Assembly: GCA_965262725.1 (NCBI GenBank) | Contig: OZ253555.1 | Location: forward strand, 768,001-832,000 | Source of the DNA: Dehalococcoidia bacterium | GTDB taxonomy: Bacteria > Chloroflexota > Dehalococcoidia > UBA2979 | Direction of reading: 5' to 3' | Length of the DNA: 64,000 nt | Shown here: piece after piece, positions 1 to 9,375 of the stretch | Layout: each line of letters begins with the position of its first letter | Position numbering within the stretch: position 1 is the stretch's first letter | The notes under the pieces: model-generated | Seen by the model: only the letters and a program-made list of their open reading frames with translations | Database searches by the model: none | What the model was told of the DNA's origin: nothing | Made by a program: the position numbers and the translations under genes

Positions 1-2
1 TG

Positions 3-1214
3 GAGCAGATCGCCGAGCAGCGGCGCCCCGGCTGGCGCAGCCTCAACGACGCCGTCGAGCACCTTGACTCCTACATCGCGGCCTGCCAGCTCGGCATCAC
101 CATCGCCAGTCTCGCGCTGGGCTGGATCGGGGAGCCGGCGCTGGCCGGGCTGCTCGAGCCGGTCTTCGGGGCCATAGGCGCGCACGCGCTCGGCGTCGCG
201 TTCGCGTTCGCCATCATCACCGCTCTCCACGTGGTCGCGGGCGAGCTCGCCCCGAAGGGGATCGCGCTCCAGTACCCCGAGGGCGTCTCGCTCGTCGTGG
301 TCGGCCCGCTGCGCGCCTTTCGCGCACTCTTCCGGCCGGTCATCTGGCTGCTGAACGAGAGCGGGTGGTTGGTGGCGAGCATGGTGGGCGTCCGCCGCGA
401 CGCGGATCAGACGAGCCATATCGGCGGCGAGGAGCTGGCGCTGCTCGTGCGCTCGAGCGCCGAGGCGGGCGCGCTGGCTGTGGATGAGCGCTTCCTGCTC
501 GAGCGCGTGCTCCGCTTCAGCGGTCTCACGGCCGCGAGCGTGATGGTGCCCCGGACGGAGGTCGTGGGCCTCTCCGAGGGAACCCCGGTCGCCAGCGCCC
601 GCCAGCTCGTGTACGAGCAGCGCTACTCCCGCTACCCAGTCTTTCGCGCCAGCCTCGACAACGTGCTCGGTGTCCTCCACGTGAAGGACCTGATGGCCGC
701 CTCGGAGGACGCCTCGCTCAAGGATCTGGTGCGGCAGCCGCTCGTCGTCCCGACGCAGATCGGCGTGAACGAGCTGCTGCGGCTGATGCGCGCGCGCCGC
801 GTGCACTTCGCCGTCGCCGTCGATGAGTACGGCGGGACCGACGGGATCGTGACGCTTGAGGATGTCCTGGAGGAGATCGTTGGGGAGCTCGAGGACGAGT
901 TCGAGCAGCCGCACCCCCCCGCACCCGTCGCTCGCGACACCGTGCACCTCGAGGGGCTCGACTCCGTCGACATGCTCGCCGAGCGGATCGGCGTCACTGT
1001 CCCCGAGGGGCCGTACAAGACGGTGGCGGGCTACGTGCTGGCCAGGCTCGGCCGCATCCCGCGCCTCGGCGACTCCGTGGAGGTCGACGGCCACCGGTTG
1101 ACGGTGGTTGCGATGGACGGGATGCGGATCGCGGAGCTCGAGGCGCGGGCCGACGCCTCCGGCCTTCCGGGTGAGCTTCCCGCGGGCACCCCCGGCGGGA
1201 TCGAGCAGGGGTGA
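3..1214 (+). CDS. Hemolysin-family / CNNM (DUF21)-CBS-CorC protein, 5' end outside window
   Basis: Frame open from position 3: YIAACQLGITIASLALGWIGEP (DUF21 motif), YSRYPV and VDEYGGTDGIVTLEDVLEEIVGE (CBS pair), C-terminal CorC-like YKTVAGYV. Confidence 0.92.
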   Translation, partial: EQIAEQRRPGWRSLNDAVEHLDSYIAACQLGITIASLALGWIGEPALAGLLEPVFGAIGAHALGVAFAFAIITALHVVAGELAPKGIALQYPEGVSLVVVGPLRAFRALFRPVIWLLNESGWLVASMVGVRRDADQTSHIGGEELALLVRSSAEAGALAVDERFLLERVLRFSGLTAASVMVPRTEVVGLSEGTPVASARQLVYEQRYSRYPVFRASLDNVLGVLHVKDLMAASEDASLKDLVRQPLVVPTQIGVNELLRLMRARRVHFAVAVDEYGGTDGIVTLEDVLEEIVGELEDEFEQPHPPAPVARDTVHLEGLDSVDMLAERIGVTVPEGPYKTVAGYVLARLGRIPRLGDSVEVDGHRLTVVAMDGMRIAELEARADASGLPGELPAGTPGGIEQG

Positions 1215-2548
1215 GCCTGCTCGTCCGGCGCACGCCGCTCTACTACGGCTGGGCCATCGTTACGGCCGGCGTATTCGGCAACGCGACGTCGGCGGGCTTC
1301 ATCTTCTGGGCCACGGCCGTCTACATCCCCGCCGTTTCGGACGGCCTCGGTATCGGACGCTTCCCGGTCGTCGCCGCCTTCGTTGCGGGGCAGGCGGTCT
1401 CCGCCGCCGTCGGACCGGTGGCGGGCTGGTACATGGACCGTCACGGCGCGAGACGCGCGCTCGCGATCGGCACCGTGATCGCTCCTCTCGGACTCGTGAT
1501 GGCCTCGTTCGCGACGGAGCTCTGGCATCTCTACGCGGCGTGGGCGGTCGTGGGCGTGGGGCGCCCGTTTCTGCTCCCCACCACCTACAACTGGCTCGCT
1601 ACGCGCTGGTTCGACCGCCGCCGCCAGTCGGCGCTGGGGCTCGTCACCGTCGGCCTCGGCATCGGCGGCGTGCTGCTGCCGCTCATCGCGATGCTCGAGG
1701 CCGCGTTCGGGTGGCAGGGAACGATGCGCATCACGGGCGTGGTCCTCGCGGTGGTGCAGGGCCTCACGGCGCTGCTCGTCGTACGGGACACGCCCCAGGA
1801 GCTGGGGCTCGCCATGGAGGGCGGGAGCACGGCCGGCGGGCCGTCGCCGGTCGCCGCCCCGCTCACGGGATTCACTCTCTCAGACGCGATGCGCGGCCCG
1901 ACCTTCTGGCTCATCGCCGCGGGGATGGCGCTCTTCTTCATGGGGCAGGGCGCGGTCAACGTGCTGGGCGTCGACTTCTTCGACAGCCGGGGCGTCGCGG
2001 GTGGGGCGACGATACTCGGCATCGCAGCGTTGATCCGGGCGGCAGGCCGGCTGCCGGTCGGGCTGCTGCTTTCCCGCGTCCACCGAGTCTTCGCGCTCGC
2101 GGCGCTGGTGGCGGTCTCGCAGGCGTTCGCCCTCGCGGTCGTGATCCCGGGAACGGCGATGCCGGCGGTGACCGCCTTCATCGTGCTGTGGGGCGGGGGC
2201 GGGATCTTCGTGCCGATGATCGACGCGCTGCTCCTGACGCGCGCCTTCGGCGTTCGCCACTACGGGTCGATCTCCGGCGCCGCCCTCGGCGTCGCCTTCG
2301 GCGGGCAGCTGATCGCACCGACCGCGGGCTCGGCGATCTTCGACGCCACCGGGTCCTACACCCCTGCGTTCACGCTCTACGCCGCCGTCTCGGCGGGCGC
2401 GGGTCTTCTCTTCTGGGCGGCCGCGCTCACGGTTCGCGGGGCGCGACACCGCCGGCTCATGACCGCGCTCGGCATGGACCCACGCGGAGCGGCGGGGCGC
2501 ACGGGCGCGCGCCGGTCTCCGCGACCGACCGAGGGGGACTACACCTAG
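1211..2548 (+). CDS. MFS transporter
   Basis: About 12 hydrophobic segments, YYGW N-terminus, GWYMDRHGARR motif A, RWFDRRR; GTGA overlap with upstream gene. Confidence 0.9.
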   Translation: MSLLVRRTPLYYGWAIVTAGVFGNATSAGFIFWATAVYIPAVSDGLGIGRFPVVAAFVAGQAVSAAVGPVAGWYMDRHGARRALAIGTVIAPLGLVMASFATELWHLYAAWAVVGVGRPFLLPTTYNWLATRWFDRRRQSALGLVTVGLGIGGVLLPLIAMLEAAFGWQGTMRITGVVLAVVQGLTALLVVRDTPQELGLAMEGGSTAGGPSPVAAPLTGFTLSDAMRGPTFWLIAAGMALFFMGQGAVNVLGVDFFDSRGVAGGATILGIAALIRAAGRLPVGLLLSRVHRVFALAALVAVSQAFALAVVIPGTAMPAVTAFIVLWGGGGIFVPMIDALLLTRAFGVRHYGSISGAALGVAFGGQLIAPTAGSAIFDATGSYTPAFTLYAAVSAGAGLLFWAAALTVRGARHRRLMTALGMDPRGAAGRTGARRSPRPTEGDYT

Positions 2549-3090
2549 CGGCGCGCCGTCTCCCCGTCCGGGGGCGGTGTGGCCGGATCTGTCTCCGGCT
2601 CGCCGGAGGCGTCGGGCGGGCGCTCCGGCGCGGTCGCCTCGTGGTCGGCCCTCAGGCTCTGCTCCAAGGCGTCGAGGGCCGGACGCAGCGGGGCAGGCGC
2701 TGCGATGCGCGCCGCGGCGCCTGCCCCGGCGGCGGCGGCCCGGCGCAACTCCTGCTCGTGCTCGCGCGTGTAGCGGGCCGTGTCACGGAGCGCCTGCTCC
2801 GCCAGCGGCCGCGCCGTGCTCGCGGCGTCGCGCGCCCGCCGCGAGAGCTCCTCGGCGTGCGGCCGTGCGGCGGCGGCGGCCCGGCGCGCCTCATCGCCCG
2901 CCCGCCTGGCGGCCTCCTCGACGTGGGGCCGCGCCACCTCGGCGACATCGCGCGCCGTCTCCTGTGCCGCCTGGGCGAGCTGCCGGAGCGCCTGGCCGAG
3001 CGCGGGCCGCTTGGCAACCGCGCCCTGCGCCTCCTCACCTGGGTCCTGATCCTCGCCGTCTGCCGCCGGCTCCCCTCCGCGCGTGTTCAT
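2545..3090 (-). CDS. Hypothetical Ala/Arg/Glu-rich helical repeat protein
   Basis: ATGA overlap with the upstream gene, coding-like codon use, ARPH/ARPL-punctuated repeats. Confidence 0.6.
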   Translation of the reverse strand: MNTRGGEPAADGEDQDPGEEAQGAVAKRPALGQALRQLAQAAQETARDVAEVARPHVEEAARRAGDEARRAAAAARPHAEELSRRARDAASTARPLAEQALRDTARYTREHEQELRRAAAAGAGAAARIAAPAPLRPALDALEQSLRADHEATAPERPPDASGEPETDPATPPPDGETARR

Positions 3091-3614
3091 CTGCCCGCTC
3101 CCGTTCCCTCTGCGCCGCCCGCCTTGTCCCCCGTCTTTCCCGCGCCCCCCACGAGGCGGTAGCGGAAGTCACAGTGCGCGGCACCCTCCATGATCGTCTG
3201 CGTTCGCTCCAGCTCGAGCCGCTCGGAGTAGCCTGTGGAGAGCGTGAAGTCACGGGCACAGGAGAGCACGAAACCGAGATCGGCCGCGCCGAGGTGGCGG
3301 TACATCTCGGCGAAGCGGCAACCGGTGACGTTGAAGTGTAGCGCGTCATCGTCGTCGTGCAGCGTCTCGATCGTGAGGTCGCCCCCCGCGCCGCCCCACG
3401 AGTCCCTCACCTCGCGGAATCCGACCAGATCGTCGCGCCCGATCGCGCGCGCCACGGCCGATCCCTGCTCGCGCGCGATCTGCTCGATCGTCTCGCGTGC
3501 GATCGCGTGCGCCCTCTCCCGTCCGAGCTCTTGCTCCAGTCGGCGGATCAGGGGGATCAGCACCTCGGCCTCGATGCCGCGGCGTTGCAACAGGCTCAAC
3601 GGCTGCTCGGCCAT
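3087..3614 (-). CDS. L-2-amino-thiazoline-4-carboxylic acid hydrolase family protein
   Basis: FNVTGCRFAEMY, LSCARD and RTQTIMEGAAHCDFRY motifs typical of the ATC-hydrolase family. Confidence 0.85.
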   Translation of the reverse strand: MAEQPLSLLQRRGIEAEVLIPLIRRLEQELGRERAHAIARETIEQIAREQGSAVARAIGRDDLVGFREVRDSWGGAGGDLTIETLHDDDDALHFNVTGCRFAEMYRHLGAADLGFVLSCARDFTLSTGYSERLELERTQTIMEGAAHCDFRYRLVGGAGKTGDKAGGAEGTGAGR

Positions 3615-3720
3615 CGTGCTTACCCTTCCCGGCTGCCCGCCCCCGCAGGCGGCGCTGCGGTCGCGACCGCCGCTCTATGGTGCCAGATGATCGCGCGCTC
3701 GACGCGCGGGCGGTTCGCCG

Positions 3721-4233
3721 TCAGCCGCCGGGGAGCGCGATGCCGCGACCGCTCCGCCACGCCTCGACGATCGCCTGATCGTGCGGGAACGCAAGGTCAG
3801 GGATCTCCTCTACCTCGAACCAGCGCACCTCGAATGCCTCCTCGCCCGCCCGGGCCTCCCCCTCGAGGGCCTCGCCGGCATAGGCGATGAAGACCACCTG
3901 CTCACCGGCGGCGCTGTAGACCCCGAGCAGTCGCGTGAGCCTGACGCGAAGTGCGGTTTCCTCGTGGACCTCGCGCACCGCGGCGGCCTCGATGACCTCG
4001 CCCGCGTCGACGTAGCCGGAGGGGAACGACCAGCGGCCGAGCTCGGGCTCGTGATTGCGGCGCACGAGCAAGAGACGGCCGCCTCGCGCGACGAGGACGC
4101 CGGTGGCGATCTTGGGGTCGGGGTAGGCGATGTGGCCGCAGCGGAGGCAGCGTGGCGGCCGCTGCCCCGGCCCCGGGGCGAGGGCGGCGCCGCACCGCGG
4201 GCAGAAGCGCGCGGCGGGTGCGAGCGGGCTCAC
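3721..4233 (-). CDS. NUDIX hydrolase with N-terminal zinc ribbon
   Basis: FCPRCG...CLRCG, then Nudix box GYVDAGEVIEAAAVREVHEET; GTG start at 4233 just after the upstream stop. Confidence 0.9.
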   Translation of the reverse strand: MSPLAPAARFCPRCGAALAPGPGQRPPRCLRCGHIAYPDPKIATGVLVARGGRLLLVRRNHEPELGRWSFPSGYVDAGEVIEAAAVREVHEETALRVRLTRLLGVYSAAGEQVVFIAYAGEALEGEARAGEEAFEVRWFEVEEIPDLAFPHDQAIVEAWRSGRGIALPGG

Positions 4234-4237
4234 CGGA

Positions 4238-4990
4238 TCAGAACCACAGCCGCACCCGCCGGAAGCGCTCGACGTAGCGCCCGTCCTCCTCGCTCCACCG
4301 CTCGCGCAGGAGGGCACGGAAGTCGTCGTCGACGGTGAATTGGCTCACGTGCGCGGCGAGGGCCGCGATCTTCGTGTCGAGCACCGTCGAGATGTCGACG
4401 GTCTGGTTCGGCGCGTGCGTTCCGAAGAGGTAGAGCTCGCGCACCTTGTGCGTCTCCAGCCCCTCGGCGATCTGCTCCGGGAAGTTCAGGTGATCGCGCG
4501 CCGCAGGGTAGACGGCGTCGACGGTGGCGAGTCCGGTCGCGCGGTGATCGGAGTGGTTGACGAAGGAGTTCTCGAGAATCACGGGTTCGGGGTCGTGCGT
4601 GTAGACGGCGAAGGGGTGGAAGGAGCGGATCTCGCGCGTGATCGCGCCCAGCAGCTCGCGTCCGGTCCCGAGCTCCCCGTCGGGGAAGCCGAGGAAGCCG
4701 ACGGAGTGAACGCCGAGCAGCCGCGCGGCCTCCTCCTGCTCGGCACGCCGCATCTCGACGAGCTGCTCGGGCGTGAGGGTGCGATCCTCGGAGCCCTTCG
4801 ATCCACTCGTCACGACCACGTAGCGCACGGACCACCCGGCATCGGCGAGGAGCGCGACGGTCCCGGCCGCGCCGAAGTCGGCGTCGTCGGGATGCGCCGC
4901 GACGACGAGCGCCCGACGCGCGTCGCCCGTCGGCTCGTCCGCTCCCCCCGGCGGCTCGCCACCGAAGAGGTCCTCGAGGCTCGCCGCCAT
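4238..4990 (-). CDS. PIG-L/LmbE family deacetylase
   Basis: AHPDDAD, RRAEQ and HSDH metal motifs; ATG at 4990 chosen. Confidence 0.9.
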   Translation of the reverse strand: MAASLEDLFGGEPPGGADEPTGDARRALVVAAHPDDADFGAAGTVALLADAGWSVRYVVVTSGSKGSEDRTLTPEQLVEMRRAEQEEAARLLGVHSVGFLGFPDGELGTGRELLGAITREIRSFHPFAVYTHDPEPVILENSFVNHSDHRATGLATVDAVYPAARDHLNFPEQIAEGLETHKVRELYLFGTHAPNQTVDISTVLDTKIAALAAHVSQFTVDDDFRALLRERWSEEDGRYVERFRRVRLWF

Positions 4991-5071
4991 CGCGCCCCCC
5001 GCTCCCGCGACCCCGGGGGCCGCGCCCATCGCCGTGTGCCGTCGTCCGGATCCTACGCGTCGCGCCGCCGA

Positions 5072-5101
5072 TTGACCGTGATCCCAGTGTTCTCCTATAG
5101 T
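5072..5101 (+). promoter_or_regulatory. Sigma70-type promoter of lexA
   Basis: TTGACC (5072-5077), 18-nt spacer, TATAGT (5096-5101). Confidence 0.7.
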
Positions 5102-5104
5102 TCG

Positions 5105-5116
5105 GAACATATGTGC
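5105..5116 (+). promoter_or_regulatory. LexA operator (GAAC-N4-GTTC-type SOS box, one mismatch)
   Basis: GAACATATGTGC immediately downstream of the -10 box of lexA. Confidence 0.7.
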
Positions 5117-5193
5117 CGTCCCGCCGCCAACATCGCGTCGCGTCAGGTGCGGGGGACGGGTCGGCCCGCGACGCGACGTTTGGGAGGAAGTCG

Positions 5194-5835
5194 ATGTCCG
5201 AGGATCTCTCCGCGAGGCAGCAGCGCATCCTTCAGTTCCTGAAGGACTTCATCGACGAGAAGAACTACCCGCCCTCGATCCGCGATATCCAGCAAGGGTG
5301 TGGCGTCTCCTCGACCTCCGTCGTCGACTACAACCTGAAGAAGCTCGAGGAAAAGGGCCACATCCGCCGCGACCGCGAGGTCTCTCGGGCGATCGAACTG
5401 CTCGGGGCGTCGGCCTCGCGACGGACCGAGCAGTTCTCGGTGCCGCTCCTCGGGACGATCGCGGCCGGCCAGCCGATCCCCACGCCGCCCGACACCGTCA
5501 GCCCCGGCGCGTACGAGGATCGGGTCGAGGTCACGGAGGAACAGATCGGGGGCCGGCGCAACGTCTTCGCGCTGCGCGTCGAGGGGGACTCGATGATCGA
5601 TGCCCTGATCCAGGACGGCGACATCGTCATCCTCGAGGCCACCCGCTCCGTCGACGACGGCGACACGGTGGCCGTCTGGCTTCGCGACGAGAACGAGACC
5701 ACCCTCAAGCGCTTCTACCACGAGGGCGAGCGCGTCCGGCTGCAGCCGATGAACAGGACGATGGAGCCGATCTACGCGGCGGCCGACAACATCGAGGTGC
5801 AGGGGCGCGTCGTCGCTATCCGCCGGAGCTTCTGA
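5194..5835 (+). CDS. lexA: SOS transcriptional repressor LexA
   Basis: YPPSIRDI winged-helix region, IAAG cleavage site, VEGDSMI (Ser) and TLKR (Lys); SD GGAGGA before ATG 5194. Confidence 0.97.
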   Translation: MSEDLSARQQRILQFLKDFIDEKNYPPSIRDIQQGCGVSSTSVVDYNLKKLEEKGHIRRDREVSRAIELLGASASRRTEQFSVPLLGTIAAGQPIPTPPDTVSPGAYEDRVEVTEEQIGGRRNVFALRVEGDSMIDALIQDGDIVILEATRSVDDGDTVAVWLRDENETTLKRFYHEGERVRLQPMNRTMEPIYAAADNIEVQGRVVAIRRSF

Positions 5836-6877
5836 CGGAAGGGCGCCTCCGGCTCGCCGCGCGGGCTCGCGCGGCGACATCGAGCAGCAGCAGTTCGAGC
5901 GAGAGCGCCTCGGCGATCCGCCCGCTCTTCACCGCGTGGTCGGCGCGCTCCACGGCGCGCAGGCCCCACTCCGCCACCTCGCGCCGTGTCTCCCGCGCCT
6001 GCCGGACGAGCTTGGTGCGCGCGTAACCCTGCGCCCCGGTCGCCTCGCCGATCTCCTGCTCGCTCCCGCCCGCCTCCATGCGCTCGGTGGCGCGCACGAG
6101 CTGGCCCAGGTGCCGCCCGAGCTGAAACTGCACGCGCCCGGGGGTCTCGGATCCCTCGGCGAGCATGCGGTCGAGGAGCGTGATCGCCACCGCGCCCCGC
6201 CCCTCGATCGCCGCGTCGACAAGCGTAAAGAGGCTCTGCTCGCGCGCCTCGGGCGTGAGCAGACGCACGTCGGCCTCGGTGATCGCCCGCCCGCGGGCGT
6301 AGTGCGCGAGCTTGGAGATTTCGCCGTCGAGCGTGCGCAGGTCGGCGCCGACGAGATCGACGAGCGCGGAGACGGCGCGCGGCTCGATCGCCACCTGCTT
6401 TGCCTCGGCTCGCGTGCGCAGCCAGCGCGCGACCTCGCTCTCGCCGCCGCGCCCGTAGACGGAGAGCGGGCGGAACTCCCGCACCTCGACTGAGTCGAGG
6501 GCGGCAAGCTCGCGCGCGAGCGGCCAGGTCGCGATCGATTCGCGGCGTCCCCCGCGTCGCGGTGCCGGTGGCTCGCGCAGCACGAGGGTCGTCGACTCGG
6601 GCAAGGTCGGGAGGGCGTCGAGGAGGGGCTGCCAGCGCTCGCCGGCCGCGCGGCCGCGGCCGGCCGCCGTGATCAGGCCCTCGACGAGCACGAAGCGGGC
6701 CGAGCCCAGGAAGGGGAGCGCGGCGGCATGCTGCAGGAGCTCGGTCGGCGTGACACGGCGTCCGTCGAGGACGCTGGTGTTCGTCGCGAGCATGCCGTCG
6801 GTGTCGAGCCCGTGCCGCAGCGAACGCTGCGCCTCCTCGACGCGGAACTCGTCGTCGCCGTAGAGCACGTGCAGCAT
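5816..6877 (-). CDS. holA: DNA polymerase III subunit delta
   Basis: LYGDDEF start, LPFLG, EISKLAHY, IT..DV..L, D.AVKSG; overlaps the lexA 3' end by 20 nt. Confidence 0.88.
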   Translation of the reverse strand: MLHVLYGDDEFRVEEAQRSLRHGLDTDGMLATNTSVLDGRRVTPTELLQHAAALPFLGSARFVLVEGLITAAGRGRAAGERWQPLLDALPTLPESTTLVLREPPAPRRGGRRESIATWPLARELAALDSVEVREFRPLSVYGRGGESEVARWLRTRAEAKQVAIEPRAVSALVDLVGADLRTLDGEISKLAHYARGRAITEADVRLLTPEAREQSLFTLVDAAIEGRGAVAITLLDRMLAEGSETPGRVQFQLGRHLGQLVRATERMEAGGSEQEIGEATGAQGYARTKLVRQARETRREVAEWGLRAVERADHAVKSGRIAEALSLELLLLDVAARARAASRRRPSVRSSGG

Positions 6878-6895
6878 CGGCCCTCCCCGCCGTGC

Positions 6896-7222
6896 TCAGT
6901 CGATCTCGAGCTGCCAGCCGAGAAAGGTGGCGAGCGTCGCCAGCACCACGATTGCGGGGCCGGGCCAGAGGATGGCGCCGACGAAGGCGGCACCGGCTCC
7001 GCCGTCTGAGCTCACCGCCTGCCAGGCACCCCAGCAGAGGGCGAGCCCGGCGCCGGGGAGCGGCAGCCACCACGGGAAGCGCGGGTCGTCGTCGTTGACG
7101 AGCGCTGAGCGCGCGAGATCCCGCGCACGGGTGCGATCCGCCGGCGGGCCCCCGGAAGCCCGCTCAGGGGCCGCATCCCGATCCCGGCCGTGCCGGATGC
7201 CGTCTGGATCGCCCGCCGCCAT
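6896..7222 (-). CDS. Small two-TM membrane protein
   Basis: SD GGAGG before ATG; two hydrophobic helices ending GWQLEID. Confidence 0.6.
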   Translation of the reverse strand: MAAGDPDGIRHGRDRDAAPERASGGPPADRTRARDLARSALVNDDDPRFPWWLPLPGAGLALCWGAWQAVSSDGGAGAAFVGAILWPGPAIVVLATLATFLGWQLEID

Positions 7223-7243
7223 TATCCCCCTCCGAAACCGATG

Positions 7244-8497
7244 CTACGCCTCTCGCTCGCGCGTTGGCGAGGTGTCCTCCCCCTCCTCCTGCGGCGGCCA
7301 GGTCGGCGCGATGCGGAGCTCTCCGCCGGCGCGCCACAGCATGTAGCCAGCGGCGAGCACCAGCGAGAGCGCCGCCGCCGCGGCGAGCAGGGCGGAGCCG
7401 GTTCCCCGCTCGTCGACGAGGAGGGCGACTGCCGGCATCGCGATCACCGTGGCGAGCTGCGACGCCATCGAGTTGAGAGAGAGCACGGTCGCGCGCTCGC
7501 GATCGGGGGCACGCCGCGCGAGGTAGTCGGCGACCAGCGGGTGCAGCACGTTCCAGGCCAGCGGTGAGAGCAGGATCAGGGGGAAGAGTGCCCGCGTCCC
7601 GGCGGCGCCGGCAAGGAGCGCCACCATCGCCCCGAGCCCGGCCGCCGCGAGCGTCCTCGGGAGTCCGAACCGTCGCTCCGTGGCGGCGGCCATCCAGCCC
7701 CCGAACGCGGAGGAGATCGTCATCGTCGCGGCGATCGCCCCGAGCGACCACAGCGGCGCCCCCAGCTCCGTCGCGATCGGCTGGAAGACGGTAAAGACCA
7801 GCGCGGCCGAGACGAGCACAGCTGCGAAGAAGACGATGATCGACCAGATCTCACGCTGCCCGAGCACGCGCCTCGCCGCGCGCGTGCCTATGCGCAGGAA
7901 GGGCACCGGATCGCCGCGGGCGGGCGGCTCCGTGAAGCGCAGCGCGAGGAAGGCGGCCACCACCCCGAAGACGCCCGAGATCGCGATGGGGAGCGCGAGC
8001 GATGTGACCTGCGCCAGGGCGGCGCCGACGAGGGCGGTCGCCGCGTTCACGCCCCACGCCATCGCGTTGAGGCGCCCGGCGCGCCGGGCGAACTCGCCGC
8101 CGCGCCCGAGCGGGGTGAGCGAGTCGAAGAGCATCGCGTCGTCGGCGCCCGACATCAGCGAGAGGCCGGTGCCGAAGAGGGCGAAGGCGAGCAGCAGCAG
8201 CTCGAAGCTATCCGCGAGCCCGAAGACGGTGAGCCCGAGCGCGGTGAGGAGACCCGAGGCGAGCAGCGAGAGACGCCGGCCCCAGCGGTCAGCGACCATC
8301 CCGGTCGGGACCTCGGCGACGACGGTGATGGCAGCGAAGACCGACTCGAAGAGCAGGACCTGGCCGAGCGTCAGCCCCCGCTCCTGCAGCAGGTAGAGCA
8401 CCCAGATGCCCTCGCCGAGCCAGAGCCAGCGCGCCACCCACCACCACGGGAGCAGGCGGAGGTTGCGCTCGAGCCCGGCGCGTTCCTCGGTGGTCAC
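7244..8497 (-). CDS. MFS transporter
   Basis: EVPTGMVADRWGRR, SGADDAMLFDSL and RATVLS motifs; about 12 TM. Confidence 0.9.
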   Translation of the reverse strand: MTTEERAGLERNLRLLPWWWVARWLWLGEGIWVLYLLQERGLTLGQVLLFESVFAAITVVAEVPTGMVADRWGRRLSLLASGLLTALGLTVFGLADSFELLLLAFALFGTGLSLMSGADDAMLFDSLTPLGRGGEFARRAGRLNAMAWGVNAATALVGAALAQVTSLALPIAISGVFGVVAAFLALRFTEPPARGDPVPFLRIGTRAARRVLGQREIWSIIVFFAAVLVSAALVFTVFQPIATELGAPLWSLGAIAATMTISSAFGGWMAAATERRFGLPRTLAAAGLGAMVALLAGAAGTRALFPLILLSPLAWNVLHPLVADYLARRAPDRERATVLSLNSMASQLATVIAMPAVALLVDERGTGSALLAAAAALSLVLAAGYMLWRAGGELRIAPTWPPQEEGEDTSPTREREA

Positions 8498-8537
8498 TGT
8501 GCCCGGTGAGCGTGACGTGTCCCGGGCGACCGCCGCA

Positions 8538-9296
8538 TCAGGGGAAGAGATCGAGCTCGGGGCCGCGGACGATATCAGTGGCGGCGCCGTCGGCCGGCTC
8601 GAAGCGAAAGCCGCGCACGATGACGGCGGGGATGCCGTCGAGCTTGTTCATCACCAGCTCGGAGGCGCCGGCTAGCTCGTCGGCGACGCAAATCTCGGTG
8701 ACGCGCAGCTCAACGCCGTCCATGTCGGGGAGTCCGACGTAGTTGCGGAGCGGGGAGATGCCGGCGACGCCGATGGCGATGTTGGTCTGCCCGTTCCGCC
8801 ACGGGCGCCCGAACGTGTCGGTCATGATCACCGCGACTTCGACCCCCGCGAGCTGCCGCAGCCGATCGCGCAGGGCGTGGCAGGAGGCGTCCGGATCGAC
8901 CGGAAGCAGCGAGAGCCACTCCTCGCCGCCCACGTTGGAGCAGTCGACGCCGGAGTTGGCACAGACGAGGCCGTGGCGGGTCTCTGTGATCAGGACGCCG
9001 CGCAGCTGCCGGACCACGCGCACGGACTCCGAGAGCACGGCCTCCGTCACGTGAGGGTCCTTCCCCCATCGTTCGGACCAGGCGAGGGCGTAGGGGCTGG
9101 GCTCGAAGTGCGCGCGCGGGAGGATACGTCCCTCCGACGCCGAGACGACGCGCTGCGTGAGGACCAGGACGTCGCCCTCCGAGAGGGGCGTCTCCTGCGC
9201 CCGGGCTGCCTCCACGAGGAGCGCGGCGAGATCGTCCCCATCCTGGACGCGGGGGAGCCCGGCGATCCCGATCACGCGAATCTCTGGTGGCGCCAT
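8538..9296 (-). CDS. cofE: Coenzyme F420-0:L-glutamate ligase
   Basis: CANSGVDCSN, LLPVDPDAS, DTFGRPWRNGQ and ADELAGA motifs. Confidence 0.93.
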   Translation of the reverse strand: MAPPEIRVIGIAGLPRVQDGDDLAALLVEAARAQETPLSEGDVLVLTQRVVSASEGRILPRAHFEPSPYALAWSERWGKDPHVTEAVLSESVRVVRQLRGVLITETRHGLVCANSGVDCSNVGGEEWLSLLPVDPDASCHALRDRLRQLAGVEVAVIMTDTFGRPWRNGQTNIAIGVAGISPLRNYVGLPDMDGVELRVTEICVADELAGASELVMNKLDGIPAVIVRGFRFEPADGAATDIVRGPELDLFP

Positions 9297-9375
9297 CACG
9301 GCCCGATCATCGCACGCCGTTCGCCCAAGCGGTGCGCCTCCCCGCCGGGGAGGCGGCCGCCCACTCCGCCGGCTC

